From NCBI GenBank assembly GCA_049889395.1, contig JBMHDM010000015.1, forward strand, positions 111,103 through 175,102: DNA of 64,000 nt, in the 5' to 3' direction. Positions within the stretch are counted from its first letter, which is position 1, and each line of letters starts with the position of its first letter. Positions 37,889 through 46,522 of the stretch are shown here, in pieces. A program made the position numbers and the translations under genes. The notes beneath the pieces are model-generated. The model was given only the letters and a program-made list of their open reading frames with translations. It ran no database searches and had not been told where the DNA came from. Source of the DNA: Flavobacteriaceae bacterium. Its GTDB lineage: Bacteria; Bacteroidota; Bacteroidia; Flavobacteriales; Flavobacteriaceae.

Positions 37889-38905
37889 ATGGCAAAATCT
37901 AAATTGGAATACATTTGGTTGGACGGATATTATCCAACACAAAATATGAGAAGTAAAACAAAAATTGAAAACGATTTCAGCGGTAAATTGGAAGACTGTC
38001 CAATTTGGTCTTTTGATGGCTCCTCCACCAGACAAGCTGAAGGGAATTCATCTGACTGTTTACTAAAGCCCGTAGCAATCTATCCAGATCCTGCCAGAAG
38101 AGATGGTTACCTAGTTATGACCGAAGTTCTAAACGCAGACGGGACACCTCACGAATCTAACGGAAGAGCAACGATTGATGATGAAGACGATGATTTCTGG
38201 TTTGGTTTTGAACAAGAGTACTTTATTATGGACACCAAAACACAACTGCCATTAGGTTTTCCGGTCGGTGGCTACCCTGCCCCTCAAGGTATGTACTATT
38301 GTTCAGTAGGCGGTAAAAATACACATGGTCGTGATTTGGTTGAAGAACACGCTAATTTGTGTATTGATGCTGGCCTTAACTTTGAAGGTATTAATCAAGA
38401 AGTTGCTTCAGGCCAGTGGGAATTTCAATTATTTGCCAAAGGAGCCAAAAAAGCAGGTGATGAGATTTGGATTGCACGATACCTCCTAGACAGATTGACT
38501 GAAAAATATGGATACTATATTGAATATCATCCAAAGCCACTTGGCAAAGATATGGATTGGAATGGCTCTGGAATGCATGCTAATTTCTCCAACACCACAT
38601 TAAGAACCTGTGGATCTCAAGAAACTTACGAAAAAATCTGTGAGGCCTTCCGTCCTGTGGTTAATGAACATATAATGGTTTATGGTGAATTTAACGATCA
38701 GCGATTGACCGGACTTCACGAAACAGCATCTATAAATGATTTTTCATACGGAATATCTGATCGTGGTGCATCAATTCGAATTCCAATTATTACTGTTGAA
38801 AAAGGATGGAAAGGCTGGTTAGAGGACAGACGTCCTGCCTCTAATGGGGATCCATATAAAATCGCAGCCCGAATTATTAAAACTGTAAAATCTGCTGACC
38901 TATAA
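37889..38905 (+). CDS. glutamine synthetase type II (eukaryote-like)
   Basis: 338 aa. The motifs EYIWLDG, FDGSST.QA, GFEQEYF, QWEFQ, NGSGMH.NFS and RGASIRIP are the GSII signature set. Confidence 0.9.
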   Translation: MAKSKLEYIWLDGYYPTQNMRSKTKIENDFSGKLEDCPIWSFDGSSTRQAEGNSSDCLLKPVAIYPDPARRDGYLVMTEVLNADGTPHESNGRATIDDEDDDFWFGFEQEYFIMDTKTQLPLGFPVGGYPAPQGMYYCSVGGKNTHGRDLVEEHANLCIDAGLNFEGINQEVASGQWEFQLFAKGAKKAGDEIWIARYLLDRLTEKYGYYIEYHPKPLGKDMDWNGSGMHANFSNTTLRTCGSQETYEKICEAFRPVVNEHIMVYGEFNDQRLTGLHETASINDFSYGISDRGASIRIPIITVEKGWKGWLEDRRPASNGDPYKIAARIIKTVKSADL

Positions 38906-38927
38906 GTTATACCATATTTTCAATTCC

Positions 38928-38963
38928 AAAAAACGGCTTCATTCTGATGTAGCCGTTTTTTTT
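38928..38963 (+). terminator. intrinsic terminator after the GSII gene
   Basis: AAAAAACGGCT-(12-nt loop)-AGCCGTTTTTTTT gives a GC core stem flanked by an A-run and a T-run. It lies 23 nt after the stop. Confidence 0.6.
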
Positions 38964-39138
38964 GTATATTATAACAAGATGTTACCCCATAATAGTCTTG
39001 AAAGCTCCAAAAACTTGTATCAAAAATTAGATTTTTTAAAGAGATTACAAAAAGAGGCATCATTTTTGGTGGTTACTATATGCCCAAAAATTTTTGTAAA
39101 ACTTTAAACCTGCGATTATAAAACAACAACTTCAAAAA

Positions 39139-39668
39139 ATGTTATGTTTGGATTTATTCCTATCCCAAAACAACAATACAACACAACAAACTAAAATTGA
39201 ATGCCTCAAGATTCTTCCGCTTGTTAGTTGGGATGTGTTTAGTGATTATTATTTTCAAAACCTTATTGTTTCAAAAAAGCAAATGGATTTAAAAAAAATT
39301 AAAAACTTTGCTCGAAAATACGGATGGTAAAATGACATCGAAAAACTATTTAAATCCGTAGACTTTAGCGCCGTTATTCTAACCGATATTCATCAAAAAA
39401 TTATGTGGGTAAATGAAGGGTTTTCGTCAATGACGGGGTATTCCAAAAAGGAGGCTTTTGGTAGAACTCCAAAATTTCTTCAGGGCCCAAAAACCTCACA
39501 ACAAAAAAAATAGAACTAAACTTTCGCATTAAAGATGATAAACCATTTTCGACTACAATACTCAAATACAGAAAAAACAAATCTACTTACAATTGTGCCT
39601 TACACATTGTTCCTCTTTTCAACAAAGACACAACCCACTTCTTGGCGCTAGAAAGAGAGGTTTTATAA
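39139..39668 (+). pseudogene. disrupted small PAS (LOV-like fold) domain protein gene
   Basis: Three collinear pieces are visible. A 63-aa ORF ends at TAA 39328-39330. The same frame continues as NDIEKLFKSVDFSAVILTDIHQKIMWVNEGFSSMTGYSKKEAFGRTPKFLQGPKTSQQKK up to TAG 39511. After an A8 run (39503-39510) the -1 frame continues as [52 protein letters not shown], ending at 39668. No ATG is available to start the PAS core independently. Confidence 0.75.
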
Positions 39669-40949
39669 ATGTTTTGCAACTGCTTCTACTGCAGAGATAG
39701 TAAAATCAAGGTCATCATAAGACAATGCATCAGTAATAAACCAACTTTCAAAGGCGCTTGGGGCAATGTATATCCCTTGTTCTAGCATGCCATGGAAAAA
39801 ACTCTTGAAACGCTGATTATTTCCCGTTGTTGCGGTTTTAAAATCAACAACCTGTGTGTTTGAAAAATGCACAGAAATCATAGATCCTAATCTGTTGATG
39901 GTGTGTGGAATATCATTGGCAGTGAGTGTTTTTGAAATTCCTTTGTGCAGATAAGCTGTTTTTTGATTCAGTCTTTGGTAAACCTCATCATCATTATTTA
40001 AATCTGTTAGAAGGGCATAACCAGCTGCCATCGCTAAGGGATTTCCACTCAGAGTTCCAGCTTGATATACAGGTCCTTCTGGGGCTAAATGACTCATGAT
40101 TTCATCTTTACCAGCAAAAGCACCTACTGGAAGTCCACCGCCAATTACTTTTCCAAAACAAACTATATCAGCCTTGATACCTGAAAGTTCTTGGACACCG
40201 CCTTTGGCCAATCTAAATCCTGTCATAACCTCATCAAAAATGAGTAAGGCCTCATTTGTATTACATAAGTCACGAAGCCCCTCCAAAAATCCATCGACAG
40301 GCGGAATACATCCCATATTCCCTGCCACAGGCTCTACAATAATGGCTGCAATATCGTTTTGGTTAGCCTCAAAAATTTCTTGAACGGCTTTAATGTTATT
40401 GTATGGCGCTAATATGGTGTCTTTGGCTGTTCCTTGTGTTACACCTGGGCTGTTGGGACTACCAAAGGTTATTGCGCCACTGCCTGCTTGAATAAGGAAA
40501 GAATCGGAATGCCCATGGTAACAGCCTGAAAATTTGATGATTTTTTCTTTTCCTGTATAACCACGGGCCAGTCTTACGGCACTCATGCAGGCTTCTGTTC
40601 CTGAATTTACAAAACGAATTTTATCAATGTTTGGCACCATCGAAATGGCCAATTCCGCAATTTTAGTTTCAATTTCGGTAGGCATTCCAAATGAGGTTCC
40701 TTTTTTTGCTTTTTTTATAACAGCATCTACAACAGGTTTGTAGGCATGCCCTAAAATCATAGGACCCCAAGAATTGATGTAATCTATAAGACGATTACCG
40801 TCTTCGTCATACAGATATGCCCCTTCTGCCTTTTGGACAAAAATGGGTGTTCCGCCGACTGCTTTGAAAGCTCGTACAGGTGAGTTTACCCCTCCAGGAA
40901 TGACAGCGTTTGCTGCGCTAAATAATTGACTACTACGTTGATATTTCAT
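39663..40949 (-). CDS. hemL: glutamate-1-semialdehyde 2,1-aminomutase
   Basis: 428 aa of the class-III aminotransferase fold. The motifs [16 protein letters not shown]...GH and FDEVMTGFR are present, with the PLP lysine in [10 protein letters not shown]. Confidence 0.95.
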   Translation of the reverse strand: MKYQRSSQLFSAANAVIPGGVNSPVRAFKAVGGTPIFVQKAEGAYLYDEDGNRLIDYINSWGPMILGHAYKPVVDAVIKKAKKGTSFGMPTEIETKIAELAISMVPNIDKIRFVNSGTEACMSAVRLARGYTGKEKIIKFSGCYHGHSDSFLIQAGSGAITFGSPNSPGVTQGTAKDTILAPYNNIKAVQEIFEANQNDIAAIIVEPVAGNMGCIPPVDGFLEGLRDLCNTNEALLIFDEVMTGFRLAKGGVQELSGIKADIVCFGKVIGGGLPVGAFAGKDEIMSHLAPEGPVYQAGTLSGNPLAMAAGYALLTDLNNDDEVYQRLNQKTAYLHKGISKTLTANDIPHTINRLGSMISVHFSNTQVVDFKTATTGNNQRFKSFFHGMLEQGIYIAPSAFESWFITDALSYDDLDFTISAVEAVAKHL

Positions 40950-40954
40950 ACAAT

Positions 40955-41734
40955 TTAATTCGGTGAAATAATTAAGATTTGGCCTATGCTTAAAGTATTT
41001 GAATTCAAGCGATTTGATGACTTTATTTGCTCAATTGAAATGTTGTACTGCTTGGAGATTGAATAAAGTGTATCTCCTTTTTGAACGGTGTGGGTTTTAG
41101 TGTTTGGGACATTATCCGTTGAAGTAGTATTTTTTTTATTAAAAATATCATACTCGTATAATTTGTAACGTTCTATTAAGCTAATGAGTTTTTTTGGATA
41201 TTTAGGATCGGTTGCATAGCCAGCTTTTTTTAAACCTCTCGCCCAAGATTTGTAATCTGTAGGTTTGTATTTGAACAAATTGGCATATCGTTTTCTATTG
41301 GCTAAAAAGAGAGAATGATCTCTGTAGGATTGATTGGGATCATTGTATTTCCTGAAACATTCTTGAGCTCTATCATCGTCATGATAAATCCTAGGGCCAG
41401 TCCAATCGTGACACTTAATGCCAAAATGATTATTAGCTTCTCTAGCCAATCTTCCCTTTCCTGAACCTGACTCTAAAATGCCTTGTGCCAGTGTGATACT
41501 AGCCGGGATACCATATAATCTCATCTCATGTATAGCTGCAGTTTTGAAAAAGGCAATATATTCAGTTGTTGAATTATAGTTTGGTTTAATAACAACTGGT
41601 GGCGTTTCAGGGGTTTGAGGCGATGGAATATTGACTTCAACTCTTGTATTGCTTTTTTCTCTAGCCTTTTTTCGAGCACCGCAACTCGACAAAATGATCA
41701 TAGATATCAACATAAGTGTAAATCGATTTGTCAT
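40955..41734 (-). CDS. N-acetylglucosaminidase (GH73-like) + LysM domain lipoprotein
   Basis: A lipoprotein signal (ILSSCGA) is present. The glucosaminidase domain reads [17 protein letters not shown]...NN.FGIKC. The C-terminal LysM reads [34 protein letters not shown]. Confidence 0.85.
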   Translation of the reverse strand: MTNRFTLMLISMIILSSCGARKKAREKSNTRVEVNIPSPQTPETPPVVIKPNYNSTTEYIAFFKTAAIHEMRLYGIPASITLAQGILESGSGKGRLAREANNHFGIKCHDWTGPRIYHDDDRAQECFRKYNDPNQSYRDHSLFLANRKRYANLFKYKPTDYKSWARGLKKAGYATDPKYPKKLISLIERYKLYEYDIFNKKNTTSTDNVPNTKTHTVQKGDTLYSISKQYNISIEQIKSSNRLNSNTLSIGQILIISPN

Positions 41735-42624
41735 TTTATTAATCCTCTTTGTTGTTTTAATAACCGTTGATTCATCCCTGCTATACTTTGCAATCCGCCT
41801 GTGTGCAATACTAAAATTTTGGCTGTTTTTGAAAAAAATCCTTTTTTTAATAAATCAAATATTCCGTACATCATTTTTCCCGTGTAAATCGGGTCTAGCG
41901 AGATTCCAAAATTTTGCTTGAAAAAATTCATAAAATCAATTAGTTCAGAATCAACCTTGGCATATCCTCCAAAATGATAATTATGGCACAATTCCCAATT
42001 GGTTTGTTTTACAAATTTACGAATATCTTGACTTAAAAAAGAACCTTTTAGGGCTGGAAAACCAATTATTTTTTGATGGGGCAAACTGGAATTTATCAAG
42101 CCGGAAATCGTTCCCCCTGTTCCAACAGCACAACAGATCACATCAAATTGTTCATCGCTTTCCGTTAAAATCTCCTCACAGCCTTTGACCGCTAATTCGT
42201 TCGTACCCCCCTCTGGAATAATATAGGCGTATGGGTAGTTTTGCTTTAGTTCTTTCAAAAAATTATCACTGTCTTTTGTTCTATAAAGCTCACGAGATAT
42301 AAATTTAAATTTCATTCCACAAGATTTTGCAAAATTCAAAGTGGGATTCATCTCTAATTTTTGAGCCAATTCCTGTCCTCTTATGAGACCAATTGTAGGA
42401 ATATTTAAGGCATTTCCAGCAGCGGCTGTTGCTGCAATATGATTTGAAAAAGCACCACCAAATGTCAAAATACTATCAAAATTACCTCTTTGAAAATATT
42501 CGATATTATATTTTAATTTTCTAAACTTATTACCTGAAACAAAAGGATGAATTTGATATTCTGGTTTTAAATAAACCTGAGTTGTGAGTTGAACATTTTT
42601 AACGGAATCCTCTTGAAGTATCAT
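41731..42624 (-). CDS. PLP-dependent ACC deaminase / D-cysteine desulfhydrase family protein
   Basis: 297 aa. The PLP lysine sits in the SGNKFRKLKYN context, and the GGAFSNH and glycine-loop GTGGTISG motifs of fold-type II enzymes are present. It overlaps the downstream gene by 4 nt. Confidence 0.8.
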   Translation of the reverse strand: MILQEDSVKNVQLTTQVYLKPEYQIHPFVSGNKFRKLKYNIEYFQRGNFDSILTFGGAFSNHIAATAAAGNALNIPTIGLIRGQELAQKLEMNPTLNFAKSCGMKFKFISRELYRTKDSDNFLKELKQNYPYAYIIPEGGTNELAVKGCEEILTESDEQFDVICCAVGTGGTISGLINSSLPHQKIIGFPALKGSFLSQDIRKFVKQTNWELCHNYHFGGYAKVDSELIDFMNFFKQNFGISLDPIYTGKMMYGIFDLLKKGFFSKTAKILVLHTGGLQSIAGMNQRLLKQQRGLIK

Positions 42625-42710
42625 TACATTTTACTTTGTCTGAACAAAAATAAAAAATAGTGTCATGACCCCGATAATCCACAACTCCTATTTTTGTGTA
42701 GAAATTACTT

Positions 42711-42718
42711 TATATTTG
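42711..42718 (+). promoter_or_regulatory. candidate Bacteroidota -7 promoter box (TAnnTTTG)
   Basis: TATATTTG lies 6 nt upstream of the ATG at 42725, implying a very short leader or a leaderless transcript. It argues against the longer track start at 42665. Confidence 0.4.
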
Positions 42719-42724
42719 TTTAAT

Positions 42725-42892
42725 ATGAAAAGAAATCCCCCAGTTGAAGATGGTGATTTTTACTTAACCAAGGAAGGTTACCGCTGTTTTACAACACAGT
42801 ATCACCTAAAAAGAGGGTTTTGCTGTGAGAGCAATTGTAAGCATTGTCCGTATGGATATGACCCCAAAACAAATACTAAACAAAAAGTATGA
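42725..42892 (+). CDS. small cysteine-rich protein (DUF5522-like)
   Basis: About 55 aa from the internal Met (MKRNPPVEDGDFYLTKEGYRCFT..HLKRGFCCESNCKHCPYGY). The CC..NC.HCPY motif fits what I recall as DUF5522. The stop overlaps the hutU start (ATGA). Confidence 0.6.
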   Translation: MKRNPPVEDGDFYLTKEGYRCFTTQYHLKRGFCCESNCKHCPYGYDPKTNTKQKV

Positions 42893-44889
42893 ATACATTA
42901 ACTAAAACTTTTCAGGACGAAATACTAGAGGGAATTCCAAATACATTACCCCCTCTAAAACCCTTTGATTCATCGTATAATCATGCGCCAAAACGAAAAG
43001 CTATTTTGAACTCAAAAGAAAAACAATTGGCACTTAGGAATGCCTTACGTTATTTTGACTCAAAATTTCACGCAGAACTATTACCAGAATTCAAAGCAGA
43101 GCTAGAGACCAACGGAAGAATTTACATGTACCGTTTCAGGCCAGATCATAAAATATTCGCAAGGCCTATCAATCAATACCCGGCAAAAAACCGTCAAGCT
43201 GCAGCCATAATGCTTATGATTCAAAATAACTTGGATGACGCCGTGGCTCAACATCCTCATGAATTGATTACTTATGGCGGTAATGGGGCTGTTTTTTCAA
43301 ATTGGGCACAATACCGATTGACCATGAAATATTTATCTGAAATGAATGATGAGCAAACTCTGGTTATGTACTCAGGCCACCCAATGGGGCTTTTCCCATC
43401 CCACAAAAATGCACCAAGAGTAGTCGTTACCAATGGCATGATGATTCCCAATTACTCTAAACCAGATGATTGGGAAAAATTCAATGCGCTAGGGGTCACA
43501 CAATTTGGTCAAATGACCGCAGGGAGCTACATGTATATTGGACCTCAAGGCATCGTCCATGGCACAACCATTACTGTATTGAATGCCTTTAGAAAAATTA
43601 AAAAATCGCCCAATGGAGGAATTTTCTTGACAGCTGGACTAGGCGGTATGAGTGGCGCACAACCCAAAGCTGGTAATATTGCAGGGTGCATAACAATTTG
43701 CGCTGAAGTTAATCCGAAGGCAACACATACCAGACATTCCCAAGGATGGGTAGATGAAGTTTATGAGACCACAAAAAAACTAATTGATCGTGTTAAAATC
43801 GCCAAAAAAAATAAAGAAACGGTGTCTTTGGCCTATCAAGGCAATGTCATCGACGTCTGGGAAGCATTTTATGAAGCTAATATTTTTGTAGATATAGGTA
43901 GTGATCAAACCTCATTACACAATCCATGGTCGGGCGGGTATTACCCGGTCGGTTTATCTTTTGATGAGGCCAATACTATGATGAATAAACAACCTGAACA
44001 ATTTAAGAAACTGGTCAAAAAAAGTTTACTGAGACATGCTTCTATTATCAAAAAACATACTCAAAAAGGGACCTATTTTTTTGATTATGGCAATGCATTT
44101 TTGTTAGAGGCTTCCAGAGCTGGAGCAGACATATTAAAGGAAAACACACAAGATTTTATTTACCCAAGTTATGTTCAAGATATCATGGGTCCCATGTGCT
44201 TTGACTACGGATTTGGTCCATTCCGATGGGTTTGTGCTAGTGGAGAAGAATCGGATCTAGCCAAAACAGATGCCATTGCTTGCATGGTTCTTGAACAAAT
44301 GATTTTGACAGCACCTGATGATATTCAACTACAAATGAAAGATAACATACAGTGGATTAAAGGGGCACAAAACAACAATTTGGTAGTTGGCTCACAAGCC
44401 AGGATTTTGTATGCTGATGCTGAGGGAAGGATAAAAATTGCTGAAGCCTTTAACGCTGCAATTGCCAATGGAGAGATTGGTCCTGTAATCTTAGGTAGAG
44501 ATCATCATGACGTTTCCGGAACAGATTCTCCCTACAGAGAAACGAGTAACATATACGATGGCTCAAGATTTACAGCTGATATGGCTATTCACAATGTCAT
44601 TGGAGATAGTTTTAGAGGGGCAACATGGGTTAGCATACACAATGGTGGCGGTGTTGGCTGGGGAGAAGTTATTAATGGTGGATTTGGTATGGTTCTTGAT
44701 GGATCATTAGAGGCATCGAAAAAGCTTGAGTCCATGTTATTCTGGGATGTCAACAATGGTATTGCCAGACGTAACTGGGCTAGAAATGAAGGAGCTATAT
44801 TGGCCATTAAACGTGCAATGGAAAATGAACCTAACTTAAAAGTTACTATCCCTAACAATGTAGATCATTCACTTTTTCAAAAAGTATAA
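42889..44889 (+). CDS. hutU: urocanate hydratase (long form)
   Basis: 666 aa. The motifs YGGNGAVF.NW, GLGGMSGAQP, DQTS.HNP and GRDHHD are characteristic of urocanase. Confidence 0.95.
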   Translation: MNTLTKTFQDEILEGIPNTLPPLKPFDSSYNHAPKRKAILNSKEKQLALRNALRYFDSKFHAELLPEFKAELETNGRIYMYRFRPDHKIFARPINQYPAKNRQAAAIMLMIQNNLDDAVAQHPHELITYGGNGAVFSNWAQYRLTMKYLSEMNDEQTLVMYSGHPMGLFPSHKNAPRVVVTNGMMIPNYSKPDDWEKFNALGVTQFGQMTAGSYMYIGPQGIVHGTTITVLNAFRKIKKSPNGGIFLTAGLGGMSGAQPKAGNIAGCITICAEVNPKATHTRHSQGWVDEVYETTKKLIDRVKIAKKNKETVSLAYQGNVIDVWEAFYEANIFVDIGSDQTSLHNPWSGGYYPVGLSFDEANTMMNKQPEQFKKLVKKSLLRHASIIKKHTQKGTYFFDYGNAFLLEASRAGADILKENTQDFIYPSYVQDIMGPMCFDYGFGPFRWVCASGEESDLAKTDAIACMVLEQMILTAPDDIQLQMKDNIQWIKGAQNNNLVVGSQARILYADAEGRIKIAEAFNAAIANGEIGPVILGRDHHDVSGTDSPYRETSNIYDGSRFTADMAIHNVIGDSFRGATWVSIHNGGGVGWGEVINGGFGMVLDGSLEASKKLESMLFWDVNNGIARRNWARNEGAILAIKRAMENEPNLKVTIPNNVDHSLFQKV

Positions 44890-44911
44890 AATCATTTAAT
44901 AGACTTAAGTT

Positions 44912-45439
44912 ATGAAATTACATGTTTTACCCATCGCATTCGCGCTATGTCTAATCACCTCTTGCGATTCAGTACGCGTTGTAGCAGATTATGATCGATC
45001 TGTAGATTTTAACAGCTATAAAACCTTTGCTTTTTTCAAGGATGGAATTGATAAAGCCAAAATTAGTGATCTGGACAAACGCCGTATTTTACGAGCCATA
45101 GAATCCGAATTGATGGCTAAAGGGTTTACAAAATCAGACACACCAGATTTATTAGTAAATATTTTTACTAAAGAGCGCCAAGAGGTTAATGTCTACAACC
45201 AAGGTTGGGGCATGTACGGTTGGGGTTGGGGCTGGGGTCCAATGGGCTGGAATCAAACTAATGTAACGAATTCAACTAGAGGCTCCCTATTTATAGATTT
45301 GATTGATGCGCAAAACAAAGAACTGGTTTGGCAAGGCATTGGTCAGGGTTATTTGACTTCTAGAATGGACCGTAAAGTGGAACGAATCAGAGAGTTTGTA
45401 TCATCTGTGTTGGCTAAATATCCCCCAGAACGCAAATAA
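44912..45439 (+). CDS. DUF4136 lipoprotein
   Basis: A lipoprotein signal (CLITSCDS) is present, with the DUF4136-like pattern (YKTFAF...., LFIDLIDA..KELVWQG). It contains an unusual W/G-rich insert GWGMYGWGWGWGPMGW. Confidence 0.7.
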   Translation: MKLHVLPIAFALCLITSCDSVRVVADYDRSVDFNSYKTFAFFKDGIDKAKISDLDKRRILRAIESELMAKGFTKSDTPDLLVNIFTKERQEVNVYNQGWGMYGWGWGWGPMGWNQTNVTNSTRGSLFIDLIDAQNKELVWQGIGQGYLTSRMDRKVERIREFVSSVLAKYPPERK

Positions 45440-45442
45440 CTT

Positions 45443-46516
45443 CTAGGCTTTTACATCCATAATATCCCGGAGCGTGTTGCCAATAAGCATAAAAGCCATG
45501 ACCAAAATCATTATACAAAAGCCTGGAATGAGTGCCAAATAGGCTTTTCCCAAAATAATTTCATTGTAGTGAGACTTAATCATAGCGCCCCAACTAGACA
45601 TAGGAGGTTGGGCACCAATTCCTAAAAAACTCAACCCGCTTTCAATGAGTATAGCGGCAGCAAAATTAGCAGCAGAAATCACTATGACTGGGGCCAAGAC
45701 GTTGGGAAGGATATGCTTAAAAATAATTCGAAAATCAGAGTAACCCAATGCTTTGGCAGCAATAACATACTGCTGTTCTTTCACACTCATTACTTCACCC
45801 CGAACCACACGTGCAATCTCTACCCACATGGTTAATCCTACAGCAATAAAGACCTGCCAAAATCCCTTACCCAAGGCTAGTGTAATCGCGATAACCAATA
45901 GTAAAGTGGGTATGGACCATGTTACATTTATAATCCACATAATTAGGGCGTCTGCTCGGCCGCCAAAGAAGCCAGCTATGCTCCCCAAGGTTATTCCAAT
46001 GATCAAGGAGATTAGAACTGCTACAAATCCTATAAAAAATGAAATTCGAGACCCCACTAATATTCGACTCAACAGATCTCTCCCGTACTTGTCAGTGCCT
46101 AAATAAAATGTTCGTTGTTCTACAAAAGGCCTTTCTGTATTTGAAAAATCTAAAACTTCGGAGGTAGCATATGATTCTTGACCATTGTACGGTTGATAAA
46201 TTACTGTATGACCATCAAAACGATGCGATAAAATGGGCCATTCAAAATTGGGAGATTTCGTTCCAAAAAACAATTTGTCAAAATAATTTTGAGACTCTAT
46301 TTGTGTGGAGGGTTGAACTAGCATGTTGACTTTAAAACCTGGTGGTTTGGAATGAATACTCAAATGCATTTGATTGGCAAAACGGGAAGAGTCTGGAGCC
46401 AGGACATAGGCAAAAATGGCAACAAATGCAATGACCAAAATAAAATACATACTGGCAACACCAAAAAAATGTTGTTTAAATTTTTGGAGCGAACGGTCTG
46501 TAAATCCTTGCATCAT
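45443..46516 (-). CDS. ABC transporter permease, DppC/OppC-like (binding-protein-dependent transport inner membrane component)
   Basis: 357 aa with an N-terminal TM and periplasmic loop followed by 5 TM helices. The EAA-like loop reads QQYVIAAKALGYSDFRIIFKHILPN. Confidence 0.8.
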   Translation of the reverse strand: MMQGFTDRSLQKFKQHFFGVASMYFILVIAFVAIFAYVLAPDSSRFANQMHLSIHSKPPGFKVNMLVQPSTQIESQNYFDKLFFGTKSPNFEWPILSHRFDGHTVIYQPYNGQESYATSEVLDFSNTERPFVEQRTFYLGTDKYGRDLLSRILVGSRISFFIGFVAVLISLIIGITLGSIAGFFGGRADALIMWIINVTWSIPTLLLVIAITLALGKGFWQVFIAVGLTMWVEIARVVRGEVMSVKEQQYVIAAKALGYSDFRIIFKHILPNVLAPVIVISAANFAAAILIESGLSFLGIGAQPPMSSWGAMIKSHYNEIILGKAYLALIPGFCIMILVMAFMLIGNTLRDIMDVKA

Positions 46517-46522
46517 TTTTAG

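Noticed and set aside
38979-39109. A 43-codon ORF (MLPHNSLESSKNLYQKLDFLKRLQKEAS..) just upstream of the PAS pseudogene, as an additional fragment or a small gene.
   Set aside because: It has no recognisable motif, is in a different frame from the PAS pieces, and immediately follows the GSII terminator. The evidence is insufficient either way.
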